Assembly: GCA_900769695.1 (NCBI GenBank)
Contig: CAAGHO010000048.1
Span: 4,698 to 68,697, forward strand
Direction of reading: 5' to 3'
DNA: 64,000 nt
From: Bacilli bacterium
GTDB taxonomy: Bacteria; Bacillota_I; Bacilli_A; RF39; UBA660
Positions 39,783 to 48,102 of the stretch are shown here, one piece after another. Position 1 is the first letter of the stretch; every line of letters starts with the position of its first letter. The notes beneath the pieces are model-generated. The model did no database searches and was not told the origin of the DNA. It worked only from the letters and a program-made list of their open reading frames with translations. Both the position numbers and the translations under genes were made by a program.

Positions 39783-41045
39783 ATGAGCGATAATTTAGAT
39801 AATAAGGATGAACTTGTAAGTGAAGAAGATACTTTAGATAACGAGTCAGATACAAATTCAGAAGAACACACTGAAGTTAAAAGTACTAATACTAATAATT
39901 CAAATAATAACAATGAGTTTAGAGAAAAAATGATTAAAATGTTTGGTTTTGTTATTATTGCTTTAATAGTAGTTTTAATTGTAGGATTTTTAATTTCATT
40001 AGTTTTTAAAAAGAATTATAGTTATGCTACTGTAGAAGAAGAACTAAAAAATGCAGCTATTAATTATTTTAAAGATAATAAAAATAAATTACCAAAAAAC
40101 ACTTCAGAAATAGTTGAAATAGATTCTAATATTTTAGCAAATAATAAATATATGAAATCTTTAGATAAATATCTTAAAGATGATTCATGTACAGGTAAAG
40201 TATCCGTTGAAAAGATTGATAATAAATCATATAGTTATACACCTAAGATAACTTGTAAAGATTATACAACTACTAAATTTTCTGATGCAATTACTAAAAA
40301 TAGTGATGTTGTAACTAGTGGATTTGGTGTTTATAATATAAATAACGAATATGTATATCGTGGTAATGAAGTTAATAATTATGTACGTTTCAATGATTCA
40401 GAAAAAGTATGGAGAGTTGTAAAAGTAACTTCAAACAATGAAATAGTTTTAATCAGTAACGATAAAACAAGAAATGTATTTAAGTGGGATGAAAAGTATA
40501 ATAATGAATATGAAGATAACTATGGAATAAATATATATAAAAACAGCTATATTTCTACAATACTAAAAAAATTATATGCTAATTCATTGAATGATGATGA
40601 GGAAGATTTTTATAGTAATGAAGAAACTGATATCTTAACAAAAGAAGAAAAAACAAAAATAGTAGAGTTTAATGCCTGTGTTGGAAAAAGATCAGAGTCA
40701 GATACTTCAAGAGATGGTTCAGCCGAATGTCAAACAATAGAAAAAACAAAAATGTCATTACTTTCTACTTATGATTTCTTAAATGCTTCACTTGATACAA
40801 ACTGTAATTCAATCATTAAACCTGATTGTCAAAATTACAATTATTTAATATCAGATTATAATTATTGGTTAGCAAATGGATCAGCTGATAGTTCAAGTAA
40901 GGTATATAGAGTTACATCTTCTGGATATATTCAATCATCATATGCTAATGTTGAATCATATGCGAGAGTTGTTATTCATTTATCTGAAAATACTATGTTA
41001 GTAAAAGGAAAAGGTACTAAGGATAATCCTTATGTAATAAGGTAG
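39783..41045 (+). CDS. Membrane-anchored surface protein (candidate mating adhesin), paralogous to 14273..16045
   Basis: It has an acidic N-terminus and a TM anchor. LKNAAINYFKDNKNKLPKN...C...C aligns with the N-terminus of the 14273 protein. The C-terminus has YNYWLANGSADSS...ARVVIHL followed by GKGTKDNPYVIR. Confidence 0.55.
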   Translation: MSDNLDNKDELVSEEDTLDNESDTNSEEHTEVKSTNTNNSNNNNEFREKMIKMFGFVIIALIVVLIVGFLISLVFKKNYSYATVEEELKNAAINYFKDNKNKLPKNTSEIVEIDSNILANNKYMKSLDKYLKDDSCTGKVSVEKIDNKSYSYTPKITCKDYTTTKFSDAITKNSDVVTSGFGVYNINNEYVYRGNEVNNYVRFNDSEKVWRVVKVTSNNEIVLISNDKTRNVFKWDEKYNNEYEDNYGINIYKNSYISTILKKLYANSLNDDEEDFYSNEETDILTKEEKTKIVEFNACVGKRSESDTSRDGSAECQTIEKTKMSLLSTYDFLNASLDTNCNSIIKPDCQNYNYLISDYNYWLANGSADSSSKVYRVTSSGYIQSSYANVESYARVVIHLSENTMLVKGKGTKDNPYVIR

Positions 41046-41103
41046 TACTTATATAATTACTTGAAATTTTAACTTTTCATATATTACATTGAGGTGTAGT
41101 ATT

Positions 41104-41403
41104 GTGAATAAGCAAATAGATTCCTATAGTTTAAGAAGGTTGTTAAAAACAAAAAATATTAATTTAATTGATATTAGACCTTCATACATATATTCTTCTG
41201 GAACAATAGGAAATTCTAAAAATATTCCAGCAAATTATTTGATGACTAATCCTACTGATTATTTAGATAAAACAAATGAATACTACATATTTTGTAACTA
41301 TGGAAATACTAGTACTAGAGTATGTAGTTATTTAGAAAGATTAGGATATAATGTTATCAATGTAATTGATGGATATCAAGGTTATAAAGATAGTATCATG
41401 TGA
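41104..41403 (+). CDS. Rhodanese-like single-domain protein
   Basis: A GAGGTG RBS precedes the GTG at 41104. The pattern NLIDIRPSYIY...IPANYL...YYIFCNYGNTSTRVCSYLERLGYNVINVIDGYQGY is present, including the active-site loop CNYGNTS. Confidence 0.7.
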   Translation: MNKQIDSYSLRRLLKTKNINLIDIRPSYIYSSGTIGNSKNIPANYLMTNPTDYLDKTNEYYIFCNYGNTSTRVCSYLERLGYNVINVIDGYQGYKDSIM

Positions 41404-41415
41404 TACTATCTTTTT
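41388..41415 (+). terminator. Rho-independent terminator overlapping the rhodanese stop codon
   Basis: The stem is agatagtatc/gatactatct, followed by TTTTT. Confidence 0.6.
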
Positions 41416-41496
41416 AATGTAAAATTGTAATTAATTTGATGCATTACTTTTAAAAATTATAATTTTATACTATAATAATTAATAGGGTGATGCATA

Positions 41497-42066
41497 TTGG
41501 AAATGATATATCATTATATAGATTTAGCAACAGAACTATTAAAATCAGGTGGATTAATCTGCGGAATTTTACTTGTTTTACTAGAATCAATTATTCCAGC
41601 ATTACCACTTGGAGTATTTATTGCTTTTAATATAAATGCTTACGGATTAATTGTAGGCATTCTTATTTCTTGGTTTGGAACATGCTTAGGTTGTTACCTT
41701 TCATATTCTTTCTTTAAATATTTATCAAAAAAATTTTTTACAAAATTACTGCAAAAGAAAAAATATGAAAAAATTATTACTAAAATTAAAACAATTAGTT
41801 TTCCTAATTTAGTTGTTTTAATAGCATTACCATTTACACCAGCTTTTCTTATAAATATTGCTTGTGGAGTAGTAGAAATTTCTAAGAGAAAATTCTTAAC
41901 AGCTATTTCTATTGGAAAAGTATTTATTGTCATATTCTGGGGATGTATTGGTAAGAGTTTACTGGAAAGTGTTACAGATATAAAAACAATTATAGTTGTT
42001 TCTTTATCAATATTAGTTGCTTATTTTATTTCAAAATTAGTCAGCAAAAAATTAGATATAGAGTAG
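41497..42066 (+). CDS. DedA / TVP38-TMEM64 family membrane protein
   Basis: 189 aa with ~5 TM helices. ESIIPALPLGVFIAFN... and LPFTPAFLINIACGV are typical SNARE-associated/DedA patterns. Confidence 0.65.
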   Translation: MEMIYHYIDLATELLKSGGLICGILLVLLESIIPALPLGVFIAFNINAYGLIVGILISWFGTCLGCYLSYSFFKYLSKKFFTKLLQKKKYEKIITKIKTISFPNLVVLIALPFTPAFLINIACGVVEISKRKFLTAISIGKVFIVIFWGCIGKSLLESVTDIKTIIVVSLSILVAYFISKLVSKKLDIE

Positions 42067-42076
42067 AGGTGTTTAG

Positions 42077-43156
42077 ATGTTAGATTATATAATTATAGGA
42101 TTACTTATAATAAATTTAATTCTTATAGTGATTTCATTATTTAAAAATATCAATGAAAGTAATATTACAGAGCGACTTGGTAAATTAGAAGTAAATATGA
42201 TTAAAGAGTTAGGTGATTTTAAAAATGATTTAACTCGTAATATGAATGAGGACTTTAATAAACTTAATGATCAAGTAGAACAAAGATTAATTGTTATCAA
42301 TGAAAAAGTAAATGCAAGACTTGATCAAAATTTTGAAAAAACCAATAAGACATTTACCTCAGTAATTGAAAGGTTAAGTAAGATTGATGAAGCACAAAAG
42401 AAGATTGAAAATTTATCAACTGATATTGTTTCACTTCAAAGTATTCTTACTGATAAAAAGAGTCGTGGTATCTTTGGAGAAGTTAATCTAAAACATATTT
42501 TAGTTAGTGTCTTTGGAGAAAATAATAACTCAATTTATAGTCTTCAACATACGATGAGTAATTCATATATTGCCGATTGTTGTTTATTTGCACCAGAACC
42601 ACTTGGTACTATTGCGATAGATTCAAAATTTCCTTTAGAAAACTATCAATTAATGGTTGATAAGAATTTATCAGTAGACGAGCGTGCAAGATATGAAAAA
42701 CTATTTAAGATGGATGTCAAAAAACATATAGATGCTATCAGTAGTAAATATATTATTCCTGGAGAAACTTCAAACCAAGCTATTATGTTTTTACCAGCAG
42801 AAGCAATTTTTGCAGAAATTAATGCTTATCATCCAGATATTATTGAATACTCATATAAAAAACATGTTTGGATAACTTCACCAACAACATTGATTTCAAC
42901 CTTAACAGTTGTTGAAATGATTGTAAAAAATATTGAAAGAGATAAATATACTTCAATTATTCATGAAGAATTAAATAAATTAGGACTTGAATTTTCAAGA
43001 TATAGAGAAAGATGGGATAAATTATCTCGTAGTATTCAAGCTGTTAACAGAGATGTAGAAAATGTTTCTATTACTACTGATAAGATAACTAAAAAATTTG
43101 AAACAATCAATAAAGTAGAAGTAAATAAATTAGGACTATCTGACGATGAAGAATAG
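42077..43156 (+). CDS. rmuC: DNA recombination protein RmuC
   Basis: An N-terminal TM helix and coiled coil are followed by SRGIFGEVNLKHIL, AIDSKFPLENY, MFLPAEAIFAEI and VWITSPTTLISTL. These are RmuC family patterns. Confidence 0.8.
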   Translation: MLDYIIIGLLIINLILIVISLFKNINESNITERLGKLEVNMIKELGDFKNDLTRNMNEDFNKLNDQVEQRLIVINEKVNARLDQNFEKTNKTFTSVIERLSKIDEAQKKIENLSTDIVSLQSILTDKKSRGIFGEVNLKHILVSVFGENNNSIYSLQHTMSNSYIADCCLFAPEPLGTIAIDSKFPLENYQLMVDKNLSVDERARYEKLFKMDVKKHIDAISSKYIIPGETSNQAIMFLPAEAIFAEINAYHPDIIEYSYKKHVWITSPTTLISTLTVVEMIVKNIERDKYTSIIHEELNKLGLEFSRYRERWDKLSRSIQAVNRDVENVSITTDKITKKFETINKVEVNKLGLSDDEE

Positions 43157-43233
43157 TCTTTTTTTTGTATATTTAAGATAATTTATTTGTATACTATAAT
43201 TAGATGTTTCATAAATATAAGTAAGGAGAATTT

Positions 43234-43446
43234 ATGTTATCTAGAATAATTTTTTTTCTTGTTGGTTTTTGTCTGATGGTAATTGGTCTTTCCTATATAG
43301 TTATCTATAAAAATTTATTAACCTTTGGTTACAGTCTAAGTGAATATTTTGAATTTCTAGTAACTAGATATGAGTGTTGGTATTTTGTTATAGGATTGTT
43401 AATAGAAATTATAGTTGTTAATAGAAAGGGGATACACAAGTGTTAA
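43234..43446 (+). CDS. Small membrane protein (2 TM)
   Basis: 70 aa with an AAGGAGA RBS. It overlaps the next gene by 7 nt. Confidence 0.4.
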   Translation: MLSRIIFFLVGFCLMVIGLSYIVIYKNLLTFGYSLSEYFEFLVTRYECWYFVIGLLIEIIVVNRKGIHKC

Positions 43447-44105
43447 ATGTATATGATATATTATTAAATCTTTTAGATAGTGAGTATGTATATGAATTTT
43501 TTGAATGGAGTAATAAAGATGATGTTGAACATATAAAAAAGATACCAATGATTAAGATTACTAGTAATTGCTTAGATTCATTTATTAATGATACAGTTAT
43601 TATTGATAAAGAATTTCTAACTACTATTTATCAAAAAACAGAAGTTTTTAATCCTGATAGAATAGGTGTAATTGATTACGCTTGTTTATTTACAGATGGA
43701 TACAAAGTTTTAGGAATTGAATTTAATAAAGAAGGAAAAAGCCTTTTTAAAAGTTTTCTTTTATTAGATGAAGAAGAAGAAATATTAGAAATTAGTAATG
43801 AAGTAAAATTAACTAATATTAAATATAAAGTAATAAAGAAAAACAATAGATTAAAGTATTTAACAAGAGAAGAAGAGTACCGTAAGAATTATTTATTAAG
43901 AGAGTTAAAATACGCTAAAAGACATGGAATGTATGAAAAAATAAATTATCTATATGAGGAGATATATCCTGTTAGTAAAAAGAGTATAGAGGAAAAATAT
44001 AAATTATTGATAGAAGATATTACCAATAATTATAGAGATTGTTATAATGAATTATTTAAAATATTAAAACTATCTCATACAAAGAAAAAAACTACGTCAA
44101 ATTAA
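43440..44105 (+). CDS. Hypothetical cytoplasmic protein
   Basis: 221-aa ORF with a GTG start, coupled to the preceding small ORF. I recognise no motif. Confidence 0.4.
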   Translation: MLNVYDILLNLLDSEYVYEFFEWSNKDDVEHIKKIPMIKITSNCLDSFINDTVIIDKEFLTTIYQKTEVFNPDRIGVIDYACLFTDGYKVLGIEFNKEGKSLFKSFLLLDEEEEILEISNEVKLTNIKYKVIKKNNRLKYLTREEEYRKNYLLRELKYAKRHGMYEKINYLYEEIYPVSKKSIEEKYKLLIEDITNNYRDCYNELFKILKLSHTKKKTTSN

Positions 44106-44106
44106 A

Positions 44107-44130
44107 AGACTACTAATGAACTAGTAGTCT
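44107..44130. terminator. Bidirectional hairpin between convergent genes (43440..44105 and trpS)
   Basis: The stem is agactacta/tagtagtct with a 6-nt loop. T-runs lie on the + side (attttc) and A-runs upstream. Confidence 0.5.
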
Positions 44131-45125
44131 ATTTTCATGGCTTTCTTTACATTTTTCATATTTTCTTTAGCAACACTTCTTGCATATTCTGTTCCTTCAT
44201 TAAGAATTTTTTCAACCTCTTGTGGATTATCTTCATAGTATTTTCTTCTTTTTTTAATTGGTTCTAAGAAATTAGATAAATTTTTGATTAATTCTTTTTT
44301 ACATTGAACACAACCACGACTTCCTGCTTTGCATTGACAACAAATATTATTAAGTTCATCTTTTGGTGTTACTAATTTATGATAGTAATAAACCATACAA
44401 ACATCAGGATTAGCAGGATCGTCCTTCTTTATTTTTTTAGGATCAGTAACTGCAGACATAACCTTTTTAGATATTGTATCTAAATCATCTACTAAAAAGA
44501 TTGCATTTCCTAAACTTTTTCCCATTTTTTCATTACCATCAAGGCCTTTAAGTCTTGATGTTGTACTTAATACTTGTTCAGGTTCAATTAAAACATCACC
44601 ATAGATACTATTAAATTTTCTAACTATCTCACGACATTGTTCAAGCAAAGGTAGTTGATCATCTCCAACAGGAACAACTTCACCTCTAAAAGCTGTTATA
44701 TCAGCAGCCTGTGAAACTGGATATCCTAAAAATCCATAAGTAATACTTTCACCGTTAGTTCCAAATAATTCTTGTTTTTGTTTAACTTCATTTTTTACGG
44801 TTGGATTTCTAAATAATCTAGATACAGTTACTAAATTAGAATAGAATACAGTAAGTTCAGCTATTTCTGGAATTTTAGATTGAATAAAGATATGAACTTT
44901 CTTTGGATCAATTCCTATCGCTAGTAAATCCTTTGTTATTTCATAAACATTACGTCTTACTTTTTCAGGATCATTAAAATTATCTGTTAAAGCTTGAACA
45001 TCTGCTATTTCCAAAAAGAAATTATAATCATCTTGCATTTTAATATAATTAACTCCAGCACCAAATAAATGGCCTAGGTGAAGATTACCTGTAGGTCTAA
45101 GACCTGTAAGAATTGTTCTCTTCAT
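44121..45125 (-). CDS. trpS: Tryptophan--tRNA ligase (form with a C-terminal Cys cluster)
   Basis: It has the HIGH-type motif TGNLHLGHLFGA and the KMSKS-type motif KMGKSLGN. An AGAGGAAGTGA RBS precedes the ATG at 45125, and the track's extension to 45185 is unlikely. The Cys motif is CMVYYYH...CCQCKAGSRGCVQC. Confidence 0.9.
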   Translation of the reverse strand: MKRTILTGLRPTGNLHLGHLFGAGVNYIKMQDDYNFFLEIADVQALTDNFNDPEKVRRNVYEITKDLLAIGIDPKKVHIFIQSKIPEIAELTVFYSNLVTVSRLFRNPTVKNEVKQKQELFGTNGESITYGFLGYPVSQAADITAFRGEVVPVGDDQLPLLEQCREIVRKFNSIYGDVLIEPEQVLSTTSRLKGLDGNEKMGKSLGNAIFLVDDLDTISKKVMSAVTDPKKIKKDDPANPDVCMVYYYHKLVTPKDELNNICCQCKAGSRGCVQCKKELIKNLSNFLEPIKKRRKYYEDNPQEVEKILNEGTEYARSVAKENMKNVKKAMKIDY

Positions 45126-45239
45126 AGTATCACTTCCTCTTAAATATTTTAACACATAAGTATATTTCTGGAAAGAAATTTGCAAAATTTCATAAAATAT
45201 GTTATAATATTGCTACTTTTAAAGAGGGGGAAATATAAA

Positions 45240-45758
45240 ATGATAAGTAGAATAACTTCAAAATTAGAAGTACTACTACAAGAAAGTATTGCCACAGATA
45301 GTTCTATAAGTATGTCAAAATATAGTCTATCTTGTGGTAATGTTGAACTTTCTTCGGATGAATATGAATTATCAGTAGATGAAGAAGGCTTACTTGATTT
45401 TATTTATCAAGCTGATCATTTACAATTTAGTAGGGAAGTTGCAAGCATAATAAAAAATAGAATTAGTTTAGCAGAACAAAAATCATTTTTTACAAAATTG
45501 TTTATTTATGAGACTTTAGTAGAAAATGAGACTAGTTTTATTGTTCCATATTCTGAATATATAACTAAATTAAATACAGGATTTACAGATGAAAAACAAA
45601 AAACAGTAAGTGATTTGATAGATATATATGCATCAGACAAATTAAAAAATGATACAGAATTTAATGAAACAATAAAAAAATTAAAAAGTTCTAAAATAGT
45701 TTCTGATTCTAATTGTATTGAAGGATATAACCAAAATCCTCAGCAATATATAAAATAA
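45240..45758 (+). CDS. Hypothetical protein
   Basis: An AGAGGGGGA RBS precedes the ATG at 45240 (MISRITSK...). The upstream part of the track ORF overlaps the trpS start region. Confidence 0.4.
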   Translation: MISRITSKLEVLLQESIATDSSISMSKYSLSCGNVELSSDEYELSVDEEGLLDFIYQADHLQFSREVASIIKNRISLAEQKSFFTKLFIYETLVENETSFIVPYSEYITKLNTGFTDEKQKTVSDLIDIYASDKLKNDTEFNETIKKLKSSKIVSDSNCIEGYNQNPQQYIK

Positions 45759-45778
45759 CAAAATTTATGCAAAAATCT

Positions 45779-45810
45779 AAAGAAATTGGTTCTAATTTCT
45801 TTTTTATTTT
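45779..45810 (+). terminator. Rho-independent terminator
   Basis: The stem is aaagaaatt/aatttcttt with loop ggttct, followed by a T-rich run. Confidence 0.55.
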
Positions 45811-45854
45811 GTATGAAAAATTAAATGTTAAAAGCTTTAAATACATAGAATGTA

Positions 45855-45948
45855 ATAGTATTTAATGATAAGATATAAATGCAAGTATAAATATTATGTC
45901 TGAAGGATTAAAAAAGTATTATCAAAATTAGAAAAATAAGATATAATA
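45855..45948 (+). repeat. Intergenic repeat, copy A (~90 nt, promoter-like, ends in TATAAT)
   Basis: atagtatttaatgataagatataaatgcaagtataaatattatgtc...aaaattagaaaaataagatataata aligns at roughly 80% with 57793..57877. Confidence 0.6.
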
Positions 45949-46081
45949 GAAATAAATACGGTAGTGGTGCTTCATGAATTTAAGACTATGAAAATAAAAT
46001 ATATTTTAGAAAGTAAAGTAGGAAACTCAAGAAGCAAAAATAAGAGGCTCCGTTGTAAGTTATGATAGGAAGTGATAAGTA

Positions 46082-47146
46082 GTGGAAGCATTGGACAATA
46101 AATGTCCAGCATGTGGTGCAAAGATAAAATTTAATCCTAAAAATCAAAAATGGGATTGTGAGTATTGTGGTAGTAAATTTACTCTAGAAGAGATGCAGCA
46201 ATATGATAATGCTAGTTCTGTTTCAAATAATAAGGTTGAGGTAAAATTAAATTCAACAAAAAAATTAGAAGAGATGGATATTTATCATTGCAAAAACTGT
46301 GGTGCTGAAGTCATGGCAGATGAGGCAACAACAGCAACGTTCTGTTTATATTGTGGTAGTACAACTATCCTTAAAGATAGAATAACAGATGGTATTGCAC
46401 CATCAAAGATAATTCCTTTTAAGAATGTCAAAGAAGATGCCATCGAATCATTTAAGAGTCTTTATAAAGGAAGACCATTAATGCCAAAACTTTTTAATGA
46501 AGAAAAAAATATTGAAAAGTTAACAGGTGTTTATATTCCTTTTTGGTCATATGATTTAAATGTTTCAGGAAATATTAATTTTAAGACAAATGATACGAAG
46601 ACTTGGAGTGACTATGACTATACTTATACAAAAATAGATGAATACTTATCAAAAAAAGAGGCTAATATGACCTACAACAAAGTATTGGTAGATGGTTCAT
46701 CAAGATTTGATGATGATTTAATGGATTCATTAGAACCATTTGATTTTAATGGATTAGAAGATTATAATCATGCATATTTATCAGGCTTTTTTGCAGAAAA
46801 ATATGATATAGATCAAAATAAAGCAATAAAAAGAGCAACATTAAGAGCAATGAATACATCTATAGATCAAGTAAAAAAGACTATAACTAGACATGTAGTT
46901 TGTGTTGAGTCAAATAACTTAAATATAGAAAATACAAATACTGATTATATATTATTGCCTGTTTGGATGATGAATATTGACTATAAAGGCAAAAAATATA
47001 CTTTTGCTATGAATGGACAAACAAAAGAAATAGTTGGTAATATTCCAATTGATAAGAAAAAAGCAGTTATAATGTTCTTCATTATATTCATACTGACATT
47101 TATAATTGGATTGGTTATATCTGTATTGATGGGGGCTCAAATATGA
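46082..47146 (+). CDS. Zinc-ribbon protein with a C-terminal TM anchor (YdjG-like)
   Basis: Two CxxC...CxxC ribbons are present (CPACGAKIKFNPKNQKWDCEYCG and CKNCGAEV...CLYCG), plus a C-terminal TM helix. It is the first gene of a G-H-I-like trio. Confidence 0.55.
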   Translation: MEALDNKCPACGAKIKFNPKNQKWDCEYCGSKFTLEEMQQYDNASSVSNNKVEVKLNSTKKLEEMDIYHCKNCGAEVMADEATTATFCLYCGSTTILKDRITDGIAPSKIIPFKNVKEDAIESFKSLYKGRPLMPKLFNEEKNIEKLTGVYIPFWSYDLNVSGNINFKTNDTKTWSDYDYTYTKIDEYLSKKEANMTYNKVLVDGSSRFDDDLMDSLEPFDFNGLEDYNHAYLSGFFAEKYDIDQNKAIKRATLRAMNTSIDQVKKTITRHVVCVESNNLNIENTNTDYILLPVWMMNIDYKGKKYTFAMNGQTKEIVGNIPIDKKKAVIMFFIIFILTFIIGLVISVLMGAQI

Positions 47147-48051
47147 AAAAGTATATAAAAATTAGTTTCTTATTAGTGATAACATTAGTACTTAGTTTAA
47201 GTAATGTATTTGCTAGTACAAATACAAAAGAAAGGACTGAGTCTGATTATTTAGTTCCTAATAACATAAAAATAACAAATTATAATAAAGACAAAATTCT
47301 TAAAACACCAGCTGTTGATGAAACAGAAAAGGTATATGATTTTGCTGATTTATTTACTGATAAAGAAGAACAAGAATTATATAGTCAAATAACTAAATAT
47401 ATTTCTTCATATAAGATGGATTTAGCTGTTGTTACTATAAATGAAAATAACAAGTATAGAGCACAAGATTATGCTGATGATTTTTATGATTATAATAATT
47501 TTGGTATAAATAAAAGCAGAGATGGAGTTTTATTCTTAATAGATATGGATACACGACAAATTCATATGACAACTAATGGTCAAGCTATAAAGATGTATGA
47601 TGATAAAAGAATTGATGATGCCCTTGATTTAGTGTATCAACATATGACTGATGAGGAATATTATACTGGAACGATTAAGTTTATAAATAGAATAAGTGAA
47701 GATGCTAATTCTGGAGTTCCATCTAGTAACAAAAATATGGTTATTGACAAAGATGGAAATGTTCATATAATAAAAAGAGTTAATTGGTTTTTATTAGTAA
47801 TAATATCTTTGATTGTATCAATTATTACAATAGTTATTTTAGTAGCTAAAAACAAATTAGTAAGGAAGGCAACCACTGCTGAAGAATATTTGGATAAAGA
47901 CAGTGTTAAAATAAATGGACAAGATGTTTTCTTGAGTACTCACACTACTAAACATAAAATAGAGCATAGTAGTAGTGGTGGTTCTGGAGGATCATCAACA
48001 CATAGTGGAAGTAGTGGTATGTCTCATGGTGGCGGAAGTCATGGCTTTTAA
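47143..48051 (+). CDS. TPM-domain membrane protein (YdjH-like) with a Gly/Ser/His-rich tail
   Basis: A signal peptide is followed by VYDFADLFTDKEEQELYSQITKY...DLAVVTI (TPM domain), one TM helix, and the C-terminus SSGGSGGSSTHSGSSGMSHGGGSHGF. Confidence 0.65.
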   Translation: MKKYIKISFLLVITLVLSLSNVFASTNTKERTESDYLVPNNIKITNYNKDKILKTPAVDETEKVYDFADLFTDKEEQELYSQITKYISSYKMDLAVVTINENNKYRAQDYADDFYDYNNFGINKSRDGVLFLIDMDTRQIHMTTNGQAIKMYDDKRIDDALDLVYQHMTDEEYYTGTIKFINRISEDANSGVPSSNKNMVIDKDGNVHIIKRVNWFLLVIISLIVSIITIVILVAKNKLVRKATTAEEYLDKDSVKINGQDVFLSTHTTKHKIEHSSSGGSGGSSTHSGSSGMSHGGGSHGF

Positions 48052-48102
48052 AAAAGCAATAAATAATAGAATTTAATTAATAAAGAAAAGAGGTTAAGAA
48101 AT

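Larger units (their letters stand above)
29163..41045 (+). other. Gram-positive type IV secretion (conjugation-like) gene cluster
   Basis: A contiguous co-directional set: 2x VirB2-like, VirB6/TrbL-like, PrgI/VirB3-like, VirB4 (in two ORFs), a cell-wall hydrolase, a membrane-anchored protein, a VirD4/TraG coupling protein and a surface protein. Confidence 0.8.

Noticed and set aside
29046-41088. Direct repeats or att-like sites delimiting the T4SS cluster as an integrated element.
   Set aside because: I could not find matching flanking repeats by eye, and the base composition is not visibly different from the flanks. No boundary is claimed.
45126-45239. A possible T-box leader upstream of trpS (minus strand).
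   Set aside because: Only ~115 nt are available before the divergent gene, whereas T-box leaders are typically over 200 nt. I saw no T-box sequence (AAxxGGGTGGTACCGCG-like).
46021-46055. A SigW/ECF-like promoter (GGAAAC ... CGT) ahead of the ydjGHI-like operon.
   Set aside because: The spacing between GGAAAC and the CGT motif is ~24 nt, versus the ~16-17 nt required. This is probably coincidental.
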